From: Cereibacter sphaeroides 2.4.1
Lineage (GTDB): Bacteria > Pseudomonadota > Alphaproteobacteria > Rhodobacterales > Rhodobacteraceae
DNA: 32,000 nucleotides
Reading direction: 5' to 3'
NCBI RefSeq assembly: GCF_000012905.2
Contig: NC_007493.2
Span: 60,001 to 92,000, forward strand
Position numbers and translations under genes: made by a program. Each line of letters opens with the position of its first letter. The stretch's first letter is position 1. A model generated the notes under the pieces. The model was given only the letters and a program-made list of their open reading frames with translations, searched no databases and had not been told where the DNA came from. Positions 16,260 through 27,123 of this stretch are shown here, in pieces.

Positions 16260-17489
16260 TCAGATCGGGCGGCCCTGCAGCAGCCGCGGCAGGTCGCCCG
16301 AGAGGCCGGCCGCCTGCCGGATGAAGCCGCGGCGCAGGCCGGGCAGGGCGTTCACGATCCCCATGCTGAGGTCGCGCCCCGCGCGCATCACCGGGTTGTC
16401 GTTCGAGAACAGGCGGTTGACCATGTCCATGCCGAGGGCGAGCGCCGTCGCGTCGAAGCGGCGCCACTGCTGGTAGCGGTCGAGGACGAGCGGGCTGCCC
16501 ACATCCTCGCCGCGGCGGGCGGCGAGCGTCAGCACTTCGGCCAGCGCCGCCACGTCCCTCAGCCCGAGGTTCAGACCCTGGCCCGCGATCGGATGGACGC
16601 CATGCGCCGCATCGCCCACCAGCGCCACCCGCGGCGCCACGAAGCTGTGGGCGAGCGAGAGCGAGAGAGGATAGGTGAAGCGGTCGCCCGCGAGCCGGAT
16701 CGAGCCCAGGAAATCGCCGAACCGCGGGCGGAGGGCGCCGAGATAGTCGGCGTCGGGCAGGCGCTGGATCCCGGCCGCGGCGGCGTCGCTCTCGCTCCAG
16801 ACGATGGAGGAGCGGTGACCGCCCGGCAGCGGCAGGATCGCGAGCGGGCCGCCGGGCAGGAAATATTGCCAGGCGGTGCCCTCGTGCGGGCGCTCGTGCT
16901 CGATGGCCGTGACGAGGGCGGTTTGTCCGTAGCCCCAGCCGCTGCGCCGGATCCCCGCGCGGCGCGCCGTGCCGCTCTGCCGGCCGTCGCAGCCGACGAG
17001 GAGACGGCCCGAGAGCTGCGCCCCGGTCGAGAGCGTGACGGTGACGCCCTGAGGGCCCACCTCCTGCGCCTCGACGGTGGTGCCCGAGACGAGCCGTATG
17101 CGCGGCTCGGCTTCGAGTGCCGCGAGGAAGGCCGCATAGAGGAAGCGGTCCTCGAGCAGGTAGCCCATCGGACCCTCCTCGATCTCGGCATGGTCGAAGG
17201 CCAGCACGAAGGGCGAGGGGCCGCCTGCGGTGGTGCCGTCGGCGGTCACCACCCGGAGGATCGGCTGGGCCTGCGATGCGAGCCCGTCCCAGAGGCCGAG
17301 CGCCGCGAGCAGCCGCTTCGAGGCCAGCGCCAGCGCATAGGCGCGGCCGTCGAAGCCAGGCTCTGCGCGCTGCGGCGCGGGGCGCCCGTCCACGACCGTG
17401 ACGGAAAAGCCGTTGCGCGCCAGCGCGAGGGCGAGGGCGGGGCCGTTCAGCCCGCCTCCGGCGATCAGGATGTCGGCAGCTTGGGTCAT
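16260..17489 (-). CDS. UbiH/UbiF/Coq6-family FAD-dependent ubiquinone-biosynthesis hydroxylase
   Basis: Start at ATG 17489 (MTQAADILIAGGGLNGPALALALA is a GxGxxG fold). Also GCDGRQS and VGDAAHGVHPIAGQGLNLGLRD. The listed 884-aa ORF is an artefactual upstream extension. Confidence 0.88.
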   Translation of the reverse strand: MTQAADILIAGGGLNGPALALALARNGFSVTVVDGRPAPQRAEPGFDGRAYALALASKRLLAALGLWDGLASQAQPILRVVTADGTTAGGPSPFVLAFDHAEIEEGPMGYLLEDRFLYAAFLAALEAEPRIRLVSGTTVEAQEVGPQGVTVTLSTGAQLSGRLLVGCDGRQSGTARRAGIRRSGWGYGQTALVTAIEHERPHEGTAWQYFLPGGPLAILPLPGGHRSSIVWSESDAAAAGIQRLPDADYLGALRPRFGDFLGSIRLAGDRFTYPLSLSLAHSFVAPRVALVGDAAHGVHPIAGQGLNLGLRDVAALAEVLTLAARRGEDVGSPLVLDRYQQWRRFDATALALGMDMVNRLFSNDNPVMRAGRDLSMGIVNALPGLRRGFIRQAAGLSGDLPRLLQGRPI

Positions 17490-17570
17490 GGGGCCAATAT
17501 GGCCGGCGTCACGGGATTGTCCAGCCGGCGCGGCACGGTTACCGTCGCGGCGCGGGACAGGGAGAGCGCG

Positions 17571-18896
17571 ATGGATCGGCTTTGGATGACGGCGGCGGAG
17601 CTGGGGCGGGGCATCGAGGCCGGCAGGATCCATCCGGTCGAGCTGGCCGAGGCCTTTCTCGCCGCCGCAGCCGACCACCCGGAGGGGACACGCATCTATG
17701 CGCGGCTCTGCCCGACGAGGGCCCGCACCGAGGCGATGGCCGCGGCGGAGCGGGCGAAGCGCGGCCTGCGCCGGGGGCCGCTCGACGGGGTGCCGGTCTC
17801 GTGGAAGGATCTGTTCGACACGGCGGGCGTCGCCACCGAGGCGGGCTCGGCGCTGCTGAAGGGCCGGGTGCCGGCAGAGGACGCCGCGGTGCTGGGCACC
17901 GCCACGCTGGGCGGGCTCGTCTGCCTCGGCAAGACCCACATGTCCGAGCTGGCCTTCTCGGGGCTGGGCCTCAATCCGGTGACGGCGACGCCGCCCTGCG
18001 TGAACGATCCGGCGGCGGTGGCGGGCGGATCCTCTTCGGGGGCGGCGGCCTCGGTGGCATTCGGGCTTGCGCCGGCGGCCATCGGCTCGGACACCGGCGG
18101 CTCGGTGCGCATTCCCGCGGCCTGGAACGACCTCGCGGGGCTCAAGACCACGGCCGGCCGGCTTTCGCTGGCGGGCACGGTGCCGCTCGCCGCGCGGTTC
18201 GACACGGTGGGTCCGCTGGCGCGGACGGTCGAGGATTGCGCCCTGCTTCTCGCCATGCTCGAGGGCGGGCGCCCGGCAGACCTGGGCGGCGCCTCGCTGG
18301 CCGGGCGGCGGTTCCTCGTGCTCGAGACGCTGGCGCTCGAGGATCTGCGCGAGGCGCCGGCGCGGGGGTTCGAGGAGGCGGTCGCGCGCCTGGCCCGGGC
18401 CGGGGCCCGGATCGAGCGGGGGACCGCGCCCGAAGTAGTCGAGGCCATGGCGATGGCGGGCCCGCTCTTCACAGGCGAGGCCTATGCCACCTGGGCCGAG
18501 GTGATCGAGGGGGCGCCCGATCTCATGTTCCCGCGGATCCTCGAGCGGTTCCGCTCGGGCGCGTCGATCACGGCGGTGGAGTTCGTGACCGCATGGCAGC
18601 GGCTGGAGGCCCTGCGGGCCGCCTGGGCTGCGCGCACGGCGGGCTATGACGCGGTGCTCGTGCCGACCTCGCCCATCCTGCCCCCCGATGCGGAGCGGCT
18701 TCTGACCGACGAGAGCTACTATGTCGGCGAGAATCTCCTCGCGCTCCGCAACACCCGGATCGCCAACCTGATGGGGCTTCCCGCCCTGACCCTGCCCACG
18801 GGCCAGCCCTCGTGCGGGATCTCGCTCATGGGGCAGCCCATGGGCGAGGAACGCCTGCTGCGCTTGGGCGCCGCCGCCGAACGGGCATTGGGCTGA
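17571..18896 (+). CDS. Amidase-signature family protein
   Basis: LDGVPVSWKDLFDTAG, AGGSSSGAAASVA and GSDTGGSVRIPAA. I preferred the start at 17571 (after GGGAGAG); an in-frame upstream ATG near 17499 is possible. Confidence 0.88.
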   Translation: MDRLWMTAAELGRGIEAGRIHPVELAEAFLAAAADHPEGTRIYARLCPTRARTEAMAAAERAKRGLRRGPLDGVPVSWKDLFDTAGVATEAGSALLKGRVPAEDAAVLGTATLGGLVCLGKTHMSELAFSGLGLNPVTATPPCVNDPAAVAGGSSSGAAASVAFGLAPAAIGSDTGGSVRIPAAWNDLAGLKTTAGRLSLAGTVPLAARFDTVGPLARTVEDCALLLAMLEGGRPADLGGASLAGRRFLVLETLALEDLREAPARGFEEAVARLARAGARIERGTAPEVVEAMAMAGPLFTGEAYATWAEVIEGAPDLMFPRILERFRSGASITAVEFVTAWQRLEALRAAWAARTAGYDAVLVPTSPILPPDAERLLTDESYYVGENLLALRNTRIANLMGLPALTLPTGQPSCGISLMGQPMGEERLLRLGAAAERALG

Positions 18897-18916
18897 CCGG
18901 CGAAAAAGCCACAACG

Positions 18917-18947
18917 CGGGGCGGGCGGGAGGGGCCCCGGCCTTTTT
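18917..18947 (+). terminator. Putative intrinsic terminator after the amidase gene
   Basis: CGGGGC / GCCCCG stem with a G-rich 11-nt loop, followed by GCC then TTTTT at 18943..18947. Flanking GAAAAAGCC / GGCCTTTTTC could also pair. Confidence 0.4.
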
Positions 18948-19018
18948 CTGGACCCTCCGGGAAGTTGCCGCTATCTTGCGACAAACGGGGCGATACGACC
19001 CCGATCACGAGGCAGTCA

Positions 19019-20197
19019 ATGGCATTTCCCGAGCGGTTTTCGAACCTGCCAGATTACGCATTTCCGCGTCTGCGGAAGCTGCTCGACCCGCATGCGCCGG
19101 GCGGCGAGCCCGTGGCCATGACCATCGGCGAGCCGAAGCACCCGATGCCCGAGTTCGTCGGGCCGGTGCTGGCCGAGTCGCTGGCGGGGTTCGGGCTCTA
19201 TCCTCCGAACGACGGCACGCCCGAGCTGCTGTCCGCCATCGGCGGCTGGCTGAAGCGGCGCTACCGGGTCGATCTCGGTCCCGAGCGGATCATGGTGCTG
19301 AACGGCACCCGCGAGGGGCTGTTCAACGCGGCTCTGGCGCTCGTGCCCGAGACGAAGCGGGGCGCCCGTCCGGTCGTGCTGATGCCCAACCCCTTCTACC
19401 AGGTCTATGCGATGGCGGCGCTCGCGCTCGGGGCCGAGCCGGTCTATGTGCCGGCGCTGGCCTCGAACGGCTTCCTGCCCGACTATGCGAGCCTGCCTGC
19501 CGAGATCCTCGAGCGGACGGCGCTGGCCTATCTCTGCTCGCCCGCCAATCCGCAGGGCTCGGTCGCCTCGCGCGATTACTGGGCGGGGCTGATGGATCTG
19601 GCCGAGACCCACGATTTCCGGCTCTTCGCCGACGAATGCTATGCCGAGATCTGGCGCACCGCGCCGCCGGCGGGGGCGCTCGAGGTGGCGGATGCGACGG
19701 GGGCGGACCCCGAGCGGATCTTCGCCTTCCACTCGCTGTCCAAACGGTCGAACCTGCCGGGCCTGCGCTCGGGCTTCGTCGCGGGCGGACCCGAGGGCAT
19801 TGCCCGGATCCGGCAGCTGCGCGCCTTCGCGGGCGCGCCGCTGCCTCTGCCGGTGCAGCGCGTCTCGGAACGCGCCTGGGCCGACGAGACGCATGTCGAG
19901 GCGAACCGGGCGCTCTATCAGGAGAAATTCCGCATCGCGGACGAGGTCTTCTCGGGCCTGCAGGGCTATATGGGCCCCGAGGGAGGCTTCTTCCTCTGGC
20001 TGCCCGTGCCCGACGGCGAAGAGGCGGCGCTGAAGCTCTGGACCGAGACGGGGGTGCGGGTGCTGCCCGGCGCCTATCTCGCCCGCGAGGTCGGCGGCGA
20101 AAATCCCGGAAAGGGCTACATCAGGGTCGCCATGGTGGCCCCCAAGGACGAAATGCAGCGCGGGCTGGTGCGGCTCCGCGACTGCCTTTACGGGTGA
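19019..20197 (+). CDS. Class I/II PLP-dependent aminotransferase, succinyldiaminopimelate-transaminase (DapC)-like
   Basis: Start at ATG 19019 after [17 protein letters not shown].., [12 protein letters not shown], and the PLP-lysine context [15 protein letters not shown]. The DapC-like call comes from remembered motif similarity. Confidence 0.85.
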   Translation: MAFPERFSNLPDYAFPRLRKLLDPHAPGGEPVAMTIGEPKHPMPEFVGPVLAESLAGFGLYPPNDGTPELLSAIGGWLKRRYRVDLGPERIMVLNGTREGLFNAALALVPETKRGARPVVLMPNPFYQVYAMAALALGAEPVYVPALASNGFLPDYASLPAEILERTALAYLCSPANPQGSVASRDYWAGLMDLAETHDFRLFADECYAEIWRTAPPAGALEVADATGADPERIFAFHSLSKRSNLPGLRSGFVAGGPEGIARIRQLRAFAGAPLPLPVQRVSERAWADETHVEANRALYQEKFRIADEVFSGLQGYMGPEGGFFLWLPVPDGEEAALKLWTETGVRVLPGAYLAREVGGENPGKGYIRVAMVAPKDEMQRGLVRLRDCLYG

Positions 20198-20207
20198 GGA
20201 CGGTAGC

Positions 20208-23200
20208 ATGGCATCCTATCACGCACGGCAGCGCGACCCGCTTCTGGATCAGAACATGCAGGCGATGCTGGAGCGCCGGGGCCGCGAACTGCTGGGCATC
20301 GGCCTGCTGATCGTGGCCTTTCTCTTCATGCTCATCCTCGGCACCTATTCGCCCGAGGATCCGGGCTGGATGGTGGCCACCGACGAGCCCGCGCAGAATG
20401 CGCTGGGGCGCATCGGCGCCGCGATCTCCTCGACGCTCATGATCATCGCGGGCAAGGGCTCGTGGGGTCTGCCCATCGTGGCGGGCGCCTGGGGCGCGCG
20501 CTTCCTCCTGCACCGCGGCGAGGAGCGGGCGCTGGGCCGGATCGTCTTCGCGGTCATTGCCATCGCGCTCGGCTCGATCTATGCCGCGACCCACGTGCCG
20601 GGGTCGGAATGGACCCATTCCTTCGGGCTCGGCGGCCTCTTCGGCGATACCGTGCTGGGCGCGCTTCTCGAGATCCTCCCCCTGCCCGCAGCCTACGGGC
20701 TCAAGCTTTTGTCGCTGCTCGTGGGCGGCGGGCTCGTCGCCATGGGCCTCTTCGTCTGCGGCTTCGACCTGCGCGAGCTCCGGCAGGTGACGCAGTTCCT
20801 GCTGGTCGGGCTGGTCGTGACCTACAACGCCGCGCTGCAGCTGGCCGGCCGCGGGTCGGTGCAGGCCGCGCAGCTCATGCAGGAGAAGATCCGCGCCCAT
20901 CGCGAAGGCCGCGCCGCGGTCGATGCCGCCGCCGTCCGGGGCGAGGCGCGTGCCGAGGCGATGCCGCGCCCGCGCAGCCGCTTCCGCGAGCCCGAGCCCG
21001 AGCCGGAACCCGCGCCCCGCATGGGCTTCCTGAGCCGCCTGCGGGCGCAGGCCCCCGAGGACGATCCGGAGCCCGTCATCGAAGAGGCCGCCTGGGGCCG
21101 TCCGGCCACCCTGCGCGCCGATACCACCCGCCCCGCCGCGCTGCGCTCGGAAGGGCTGCGGGCAGAGCCGCGCCATGTCGAGCCTGCACCGGCTCCCGCC
21201 CAGCCCCGCACCGGCCTTCTGGCCCGGATGCCGCAGATCATCCGCCGCGTCACCGATCCCGAGGCCGAGCTGGTCGAGCACGCCCTGTCGGATGCGGCCG
21301 CAAATGCGGAAGGCCCGACCGAAGACCGCATCAAGGCCCGCATCAATGACGTGATCCGCTCGCGGGTGCGCCAGTCGACGGGGCCGCTCTCGCCCATCGC
21401 CGCGGCCATCGCCCGGCGCGAGCCGCCGATGGCGCGCCGCCGCTCGGGCCCCGCGCCGATGGTGGCGACCCGCCGCGCGCCGATGGAGCTGCCGCCGGAA
21501 CCGCCGGTGGTGGCGGGCGCCGGAGAGAAGATCCGCTTCGCCTCGGGCATGGTCGCCTCGCGCATGCCGGGCGCCGCGACCGCGCGCCTCGCGGTGAGCG
21601 CGCTCGAGGCCGATGCGGCCCCCGCCCATGCGCCGCGGCTGATGGCCGAGGCCTACGATGCCTATGAGGCCTGCGAGACGGGTGAGCCGATCCTGACCGC
21701 GCGCGAGCAGCTGGCCTATGCCGACGAGGACGAGGCCGCCGCCTATGACGAGGCCTATGCCGCGGAGGAAGAGGTCGAGAGCTACGCCGCCGAGGAAGCC
21801 GCCTGGCTTCCGCACGAGGATTTCGACGACAGCACCGACTGGGCGCCCGAACCCGCGGCGCCCGCGGCCCCCATGATGGCCCCCGCGATGGCCCCGAAAC
21901 CCGCCGCGGCGCCCGCGGCCCGCGCCCCGGCCGTCCGCCCGCCCGAAGCGCAGCCGAAGCCGCGCTTCGAGGAGCAGGAGACCCATTACGAACTGCCGCC
22001 GCTCTCGCTTCTGGCCTGCCCCTCGACCATCGTGCGCAACACGCTGTCGGTCGATGCGCTGAAGGAAAATGCGCGGATGCTCGAGTCCGTGCTCGAGGAT
22101 TACGGCGTGAAAGGCGAGATCGTGGACGCTCAGGCGGGCCCGGTCGTCACGCTCTACGAACTCGAACCGGCGCCGGGCCTCAAGGCCAGCCGCGTGATCG
22201 GTCTGGCCGACGACATCGCCCGCTCGATGTCGGCGCTTTCGGCGCGCGTCTCGACTGTGCCGGGCCGGACTGTGATCGGGATCGAACTGCCGAACGTCAG
22301 CCGCGAGAAGGTGATCCTGCGCGAGATCCTCGCGGCGCGCGACTTCGGCGACAGCTCGATGCGGCTGCCGCTCGCGCTCGGCAAGGACATCGCCGGCCGT
22401 CCCGTGGTGGCGAACCTCGCCAAGATGCCCCACCTGCTGATCGCCGGGACCACCGGCTCGGGCAAGTCGGTGGCGATCAACACGATGATCCTGTCGCTCC
22501 TCTACAAACTCACGCCCGAGGAATGCCGGCTCATCATGATCGACCCGAAGATGCTGGAACTGAGCGTCTACGACGGGATCCCGCACCTCCTCTCGCCGGT
22601 CGTGACCGATCCGAAGAAGGCGGTCGTCGCCCTCAAATGGGTCGTGGGCGAGATGGAAGAGCGCTACCGCAAGATGTCGAAGCTCGGCGTCCGCAACATC
22701 GAGGGCTACAACGGCCGCGTGTCCGAGGCGCTCGAGAAGGGCGAGATGTTCAAGCGGACGATCCAGACCGGCTTCGACGAGGATACGGGCGAGCCGGTGT
22801 TCGAGACCGAGGATCTCCAGCCCGTGCGCCTGCCCTTCATCGTGGTGGTCGTGGACGAGATGGCCGACCTGATGATGGTGGCGGGCAAGGAGATCGAGGC
22901 CTGCATCCAGCGCCTCGCGCAGATGGCGCGGGCCTCGGGCATCCACCTCATCATGGCCACGCAGCGCCCCTCGGTCGATGTCATCACCGGCACGATCAAG
23001 GCGAACTTCCCCACCCGGATCAGCTTCCAGGTCACCTCCAAGATCGACAGCCGCACCATCCTCGGCGAGCAGGGGGCCGAGCAGCTCCTCGGCATGGGCG
23101 ACATGCTCTACATGGCGGGCGGGGCGAAGATCACCCGGATCCACGGCCCCTTCGTCTCGGACGAGGAAGTCGAGGAGATCGTGAACCATCTGAAGAGCTT

Positions 23201-23492
23201 CGGGCCGCCGAAATACATGTCGGGCGTGGTCGAAGGCCCCGAGGACGACCGCGCGGACGATATCGACGCGGTGCTGGGCCTCGGCGGCAACACCGACTCC
23301 GAGGATGCGCTCTACGATCAGGCGGTGGCCATCGTGGCCAAGGACCGCAAATGCTCGACCTCCTACATCCAGCGCAAGCTGGGCATCGGCTACAACAAGG
23401 CCGCGCGCCTCGTCGAGCAGATGGAGGAACAGGGCGTGGTGACGGCCGCGAACCATGTGGGCAAGCGCGAGATCCTTCTGCCCGAGCAGTGA
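20208..23492 (+). CDS. ftsK: DNA translocase FtsK
   Basis: N-terminal membrane helices, a long Pro/Ala/Glu-rich linker, a motor domain with [14 protein letters not shown] and [11 protein letters not shown], and a gamma winged-helix ([25 protein letters not shown]). Confidence 0.95.
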   Translation: MASYHARQRDPLLDQNMQAMLERRGRELLGIGLLIVAFLFMLILGTYSPEDPGWMVATDEPAQNALGRIGAAISSTLMIIAGKGSWGLPIVAGAWGARFLLHRGEERALGRIVFAVIAIALGSIYAATHVPGSEWTHSFGLGGLFGDTVLGALLEILPLPAAYGLKLLSLLVGGGLVAMGLFVCGFDLRELRQVTQFLLVGLVVTYNAALQLAGRGSVQAAQLMQEKIRAHREGRAAVDAAAVRGEARAEAMPRPRSRFREPEPEPEPAPRMGFLSRLRAQAPEDDPEPVIEEAAWGRPATLRADTTRPAALRSEGLRAEPRHVEPAPAPAQPRTGLLARMPQIIRRVTDPEAELVEHALSDAAANAEGPTEDRIKARINDVIRSRVRQSTGPLSPIAAAIARREPPMARRRSGPAPMVATRRAPMELPPEPPVVAGAGEKIRFASGMVASRMPGAATARLAVSALEADAAPAHAPRLMAEAYDAYEACETGEPILTAREQLAYADEDEAAAYDEAYAAEEEVESYAAEEAAWLPHEDFDDSTDWAPEPAAPAAPMMAPAMAPKPAAAPAARAPAVRPPEAQPKPRFEEQETHYELPPLSLLACPSTIVRNTLSVDALKENARMLESVLEDYGVKGEIVDAQAGPVVTLYELEPAPGLKASRVIGLADDIARSMSALSARVSTVPGRTVIGIELPNVSREKVILREILAARDFGDSSMRLPLALGKDIAGRPVVANLAKMPHLLIAGTTGSGKSVAINTMILSLLYKLTPEECRLIMIDPKMLELSVYDGIPHLLSPVVTDPKKAVVALKWVVGEMEERYRKMSKLGVRNIEGYNGRVSEALEKGEMFKRTIQTGFDEDTGEPVFETEDLQPVRLPFIVVVVDEMADLMMVAGKEIEACIQRLAQMARASGIHLIMATQRPSVDVITGTIKANFPTRISFQVTSKIDSRTILGEQGAEQLLGMGDMLYMAGGAKITRIHGPFVSDEEVEEIVNHLKSFGPPKYMSGVVEGPEDDRADDIDAVLGLGGNTDSEDALYDQAVAIVAKDRKCSTSYIQRKLGIGYNKAARLVEQMEEQGVVTAANHVGKREILLPEQ

Positions 23493-23659
23493 GGCGTGGG
23501 CGCTCCGGGATGGGGCGCCTCTCGCAGCGGACGGAACCGGGCCGCTCCGCGCGGCTTGGTCCTGTCCCGGCCGCCCGGCCGGAAGAGTGAAACCTTTCTC
23601 GCCGCAACGTGAAGGCGGCGGGGATGCGCAGTCCCCGGGGAGCCCCTAGCTTCATCACC

Positions 23660-24262
23660 ATGAAACCGATGCGTCTGATCCTCGCGCCTCTGGCGTTCCT
23701 CGCCCTCGCGCTGCCTGCGGCAGCCGAGAAGATCCCGCTCTCCGCGCTCTCGTCCTATCTCAACGGGCTGAGCACGGCCGAGGCCGATTTCACTCAGGTG
23801 AATGCGGACGGCTCGGTCTCGACCGGGCGCATCTTCATCAAGCGGCCCGGCCGCGTGCGCTTCGAATATGCGCCGCCGGAGAAGAGCCTCGTGGTGGCAG
23901 GCGGCGGGCAGGTGGCGATCTTCGACGCCAAGTCGAACCAGCCGCCCGAGCAATATCCGCTGAGCCGCACGCCGCTGAGCCTGATCCTCGCCCAGAACAT
24001 CGACCTCGGGCGGGCAAAGATGGTGGTGGGGCACCGCGAGGACAAGAACACCACCCGCGTCGTGGCGCAGGATCCGGCGCACCCGGAATATGGCACGATC
24101 GAGATGGTCTTCACCGCGAATCCGGTGGCGCTGCGCCAGTGGGTCATCACCGACGATGCGGGCAATCAGACGACGGTGATCCTCGGCGCCATGGCGCAGG
24201 GCCGCAATCTTCCGGCCTCGCTCTTCAGCATCCAGTCCGAAGCGGCCAAGCGCAGCCGCTGA
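23660..24262 (+). CDS. lolA: Outer-membrane lipoprotein carrier protein LolA
   Basis: Start at 23660 gives the signal peptide MKPMRLILAPLAFLALALPAAA. A LolA-like body follows (ADFTQ....G...G.IFIKRPGRVRFEY). Its position after ftsK is conserved in many proteobacteria. Confidence 0.88.
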   Translation: MKPMRLILAPLAFLALALPAAAEKIPLSALSSYLNGLSTAEADFTQVNADGSVSTGRIFIKRPGRVRFEYAPPEKSLVVAGGGQVAIFDAKSNQPPEQYPLSRTPLSLILAQNIDLGRAKMVVGHREDKNTTRVVAQDPAHPEYGTIEMVFTANPVALRQWVITDDAGNQTTVILGAMAQGRNLPASLFSIQSEAAKRSR

Positions 24263-24290
24263 GGGCCTCGCCTGAACCGCCCCACAAGCG

Positions 24291-24319
24291 GGGCGCGGGA
24301 GCGTCCCGCGCCCAATTTT
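24291..24319 (+). terminator. Intrinsic terminator after lolA
   Basis: GGGCGCGGGA-GCG-TCCCGCGCCC is a perfect 10-bp stem followed by AATTTT. It begins 29 nt after the lolA stop. Confidence 0.65.
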
Positions 24320-24322
24320 CCG

Positions 24323-24904
24323 TCAGCGGCGGCAGGAGGTGAGCTGCGCGCGGTAGCGCTGCTCCCGGTCGCCCACCCGCTGCGCCACGGCCAGAAGCCA
24401 GGGCTTCGCATTGTGGCTTCCGCGGGAATAGCCGGTGCGGCCCTCGTGATAGGCGAGATACTGGTTGGTCGCATCCCACTTCGGGATGCCGAGGCGGCGG
24501 GTCGTGCCGTCCATGTACCAGCCCATGAAGTCGGTCGCATCCTCGATGCGGTCCCGGCGGGCGCGGCGCTTGCGGCGCTCGTCCATATATTCCTCCCAGG
24601 TGCCGTCGAGCGCCTGGCTGTAGCCGTAGGCCGAGCTCTGCCGGCCCATGGGGATGATCCCCAGAAGGAACTGATGCGGTGTGCGCGCATTGCCGACGAA
24701 CTTCGATTCCTGATGAATCGTGGCCATCTGCACCGAGACCGGGATGCCCCAGCGGCGCTCCGTGGCCTTCATGGCCCGGTAATATTGCGGCCGTTCCGCG
24801 ACGATGCTGCAGGCATTCTCCAGATCGCGGGGGGGGGAATACCGTCCGCCGCCGCAGGAAGCCAGGAACACCAGCAGTATGGCCGCGCGGAGAAGTCTGC
24901 TCAT
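24323..24904 (-). CDS. Lipoprotein with a lytic-transglycosylase (SLT)-like core
   Basis: Start at ATG 24904 after GAGGGG. Lipobox LLVFLASC. IHQESKF (catalytic E-S context) and SSAYGYSQALDGTWEEY resemble family-1 transglycosylase motifs. The listed 262-aa ORF start is rejected. Confidence 0.7.
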   Translation of the reverse strand: MSRLLRAAILLVFLASCGGGRYSPPRDLENACSIVAERPQYYRAMKATERRWGIPVSVQMATIHQESKFVGNARTPHQFLLGIIPMGRQSSAYGYSQALDGTWEEYMDERRKRRARRDRIEDATDFMGWYMDGTTRRLGIPKWDATNQYLAYHEGRTGYSRGSHNAKPWLLAVAQRVGDREQRYRAQLTSCRR

Positions 24905-25174
24905 CTGCCCCTCGCGTCTTCTGTTTTGTCCGCAGGATAGGCGAAATGAGACAGAGGGGAAATGGTCCCGCGGCCATGGCTCTTCAGAAAAACGCGAGAT
25001 TGCGGAACTGTCGCGGGTTCCCGCCATTGATGTCACGGTGAAAACTCGAGTGCCGCACGGCCTTTGCGGGCAGGCAGCGGCAGATATGGGCACATACCGT
25101 TTCCTCCCCATGCACGCGTCGTGGTGGACAAATGGATGGCAGCCGGAATAATGGAGTGGTCAGGGGTGCGGGAC

Positions 25175-25501
25175 ATGCTCAAGACACAGGCGAAATATCA
25201 TCTGGGACAGGTGCTCCGTCATCGGAAGCATCCGTTCCGCGGCGTGGTCTTCGACGTGGACGCGATGTTCGCCAACACCGAGGAATGGTATGACGCCATC
25301 CCCGAGGAGAGCCGTCCCTCGCGCGACCAGCCCTTCTATCACCTGCTGGCCGAGAACGATCAGAGCTATTACGTGGCCTATGTCTCCGAGCAGAACCTCG
25401 TGCCCGACGACACGGGCGAGCCGGTCGAGCATCCCGATCTGGCCGAACTCTTCGGCGAGTTCGAGGATGGCCGCTACCCGTTGCAGTTCCAACTGAACTG
25501 A
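25175..25501 (+). CDS. hspQ: Heat-shock protein HspQ (YccV, hemimethylated-DNA-binding family)
   Basis: 108 aa from ATG 25175. KYHLGQVLRHRKHPFRGVVFDVD...PFYHLLAEN..SYYVAYVSEQNL matches the HspQ pattern and length (~105 aa). Confidence 0.85.
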   Translation: MLKTQAKYHLGQVLRHRKHPFRGVVFDVDAMFANTEEWYDAIPEESRPSRDQPFYHLLAENDQSYYVAYVSEQNLVPDDTGEPVEHPDLAELFGEFEDGRYPLQFQLN

Positions 25502-25504
25502 GCC

Positions 25505-25526
25505 GCGCCGCCTCTCCGGACGGCGC
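25505..25526. terminator. Short hairpin between the convergent hspQ and ggt-like genes
   Basis: GCGCCG / CGGCGC is a 6-bp stem with a 10-nt loop in the 40-nt gap. There is no clear U tract. Confidence 0.3.
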
Positions 25527-25541
25527 CGGCCCTTCCCGCCT

Positions 25542-27119
25542 TCAGTAGCCTAATGCGCAGCCGTCCTTCCGCGGATCGGAGGCGCCGACCAGCACCCCGT
25601 CCTCGCCGATGAGAATGGCCTGCGCGCCGCCGATGGGCTCGTGCGGCACGCGGACATCGTGGCCCATGGCGGCCAGTTCGGCCCTCACACGCTCGTCATA
25701 GCCGCGCTCGACCAGCATCCCGTCCGGCCCCGAGAAAGAGCGGGGCGCGTCGATGGCCTCCTGCGGATCCATCCCGAAGTCGACGAGATTCGAGACGAAG
25801 CGCGCATGGCCCGCGGGCTGGTAGGCGCCGCCCATGACGCCGAAGGGCACGATCACCCGGCCCTCGCGGCGGATCATCCCGGGAATGATCGTGTGCATGG
25901 GCCGCTTGCCGCCCATCGCCTCATTGGCATGGCCCTTCGTCAGGCAGAAGCCCGCCCCGCGGTTCTGGAAGTTGATCCCGAACCGGGCCGAGGCGAGGCC
26001 CGAGCCGAAGCTGTGATAGACCGAATAGATCAGCGACACCGCCATCCGGTCGCGGTCGACCACGGTCAGATAGACGGTGTCGCGATGCACGGCCTCGGAG
26101 AGCGGAGCCGCCTCGGGCATGGCCCGCGTGGGGTCGATCAGCGCGGCCAACCGCTCGGCCGTCTGCGGCGACAGCATGTGGTCGAGCCGCCGCACATGGT
26201 CGGGATCGGCGAGGAAGCGGTTGCGCGCGTCATAGGCGAGTTTCGCGGCCTCGGCCTCGAGATGCGCGCGTGCGGTGCCGAACGGGTCCATGCCCGCCAC
26301 ATCGAAGTGGGACAGGATGTTCAGCATTAGAATGGCAGTGGCGCCCTGACCGTTCGGCGGGTGCTCGACCAGCTCCACGCCCTTGTAGGTGCCCGAAATC
26401 GGCTCGCCGTAGGTGCAGGCGGTTGCCGCGAAATCCTCGAGCATGTGCGTGCCGCCCACCGAGCGGAGCGAGGTCACCATATCCTCGGCCACCTCGCCCT
26501 CGTAGAAGCCCGCGCGGCCCTGCTGGGCGATTCGGCGCAGGACCTCGGCCTGGCCGGCGGCCCGGAAGATCTGGCCGGCGCGCGGGGCGGCCCCGTCGAC
26601 GAGGTAATATTGCCGCGCGGCTCCCTGCAGCTTCTCTTCGGCCAGGGCCCAGTCGAAGGCCGTGCGGGGCGCGACCGGCACGCCCTCCTCGGCATATTGG
26701 ATGGCGGGGGCGAGGACCTGCGCCAGTTCGAGATTGCCCCAGTCCGCCGAGAGGCGGCAGAAGGCATCCACGGCGCCCGGAACGGTCACCGCCTCGGGTC
26801 CGTGCAGCGGCACCGTCGCGTGGCCCTTCTCGCGCATCAGCGCGGCCGAAAGGCCCGCAGGCGCGCGGCCCGAGCCGTTCAGCGCCACGATCCTGTCCTC
26901 TCCGGGCGGTTTCAGAAGCACGAAGCAGTCGCCGCCGATCCCGGTCATCTGCGGCTCGCAGATGCCCAGAAGCACCGCGGCCGCAATGGCTGCATCGGCC
27001 GCGTTGCCGCCCGCCTGCAGGATGTCGATGGCGACCTTGGAGGCGAGCGGGTGGGAGGTGGCACAGAGACCGTTGCCGGCATAGACGGCCGAGCGGCCCG
27101 GTAGATGGAAATCGCGCAT
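25542..27119 (-). CDS. Gamma-glutamyltransferase family protein, without a signal peptide (cytoplasmic YwrD-like type)
   Basis: Start at ATG 27119 after AGGAGG. ATSHPLAS..A..IL..GGNA.DAA, MTGIGGDCF, and the autoprocessing/nucleophile context GGKRPMHTIIPGM. Confidence 0.88.
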   Translation of the reverse strand: MRDFHLPGRSAVYAGNGLCATSHPLASKVAIDILQAGGNAADAAIAAAVLLGICEPQMTGIGGDCFVLLKPPGEDRIVALNGSGRAPAGLSAALMREKGHATVPLHGPEAVTVPGAVDAFCRLSADWGNLELAQVLAPAIQYAEEGVPVAPRTAFDWALAEEKLQGAARQYYLVDGAAPRAGQIFRAAGQAEVLRRIAQQGRAGFYEGEVAEDMVTSLRSVGGTHMLEDFAATACTYGEPISGTYKGVELVEHPPNGQGATAILMLNILSHFDVAGMDPFGTARAHLEAEAAKLAYDARNRFLADPDHVRRLDHMLSPQTAERLAALIDPTRAMPEAAPLSEAVHRDTVYLTVVDRDRMAVSLIYSVYHSFGSGLASARFGINFQNRGAGFCLTKGHANEAMGGKRPMHTIIPGMIRREGRVIVPFGVMGGAYQPAGHARFVSNLVDFGMDPQEAIDAPRSFSGPDGMLVERGYDERVRAELAAMGHDVRVPHEPIGGAQAILIGEDGVLVGASDPRKDGCALGY

Positions 27120-27123
27120 GTCA

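Noticed and set aside
16242-18914. A pair of 884-aa ORFs, one on each strand (16242..18896 plus and 16260..18914 minus)
   Set aside because: Each is a real gene plus an antisense read-through extension. The real genes are the amidase from 17571 on the plus strand and the ubiH-like gene up to 17489 on the minus strand. The extensions lack motifs, and internal starts with a Shine-Dalgarno or homology-supported N-termini exist.
20121-23456. 1111-aa ORF on the minus strand spanning the whole ftsK locus
   Set aside because: It is exactly antisense to ftsK, which has unambiguous motifs. The translation is R/G/H/A/D-rich low complexity with no recognisable motif. Long antisense ORFs are expected in GC3-biased genomes because stop codons are rare.
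25106-25113. CCCCATGC upstream of hspQ as a sigma-32-type -10 element
   Set aside because: No acceptable CTTGAA-like -35 lies at the required 13-17 nt spacing. A single 6-8-mer match is not sufficient.
25086-25151. 21-codon upstream ORF before hspQ (MGTYRFLPMHASWWTNGWQPE) with three Trp codons, as a possible leader peptide
   Set aside because: There is no Shine-Dalgarno, no terminator/antiterminator alternative structures that I could find, and no functional link between hspQ and tryptophan. It is probably chance in a slightly AT-richer intergenic region.
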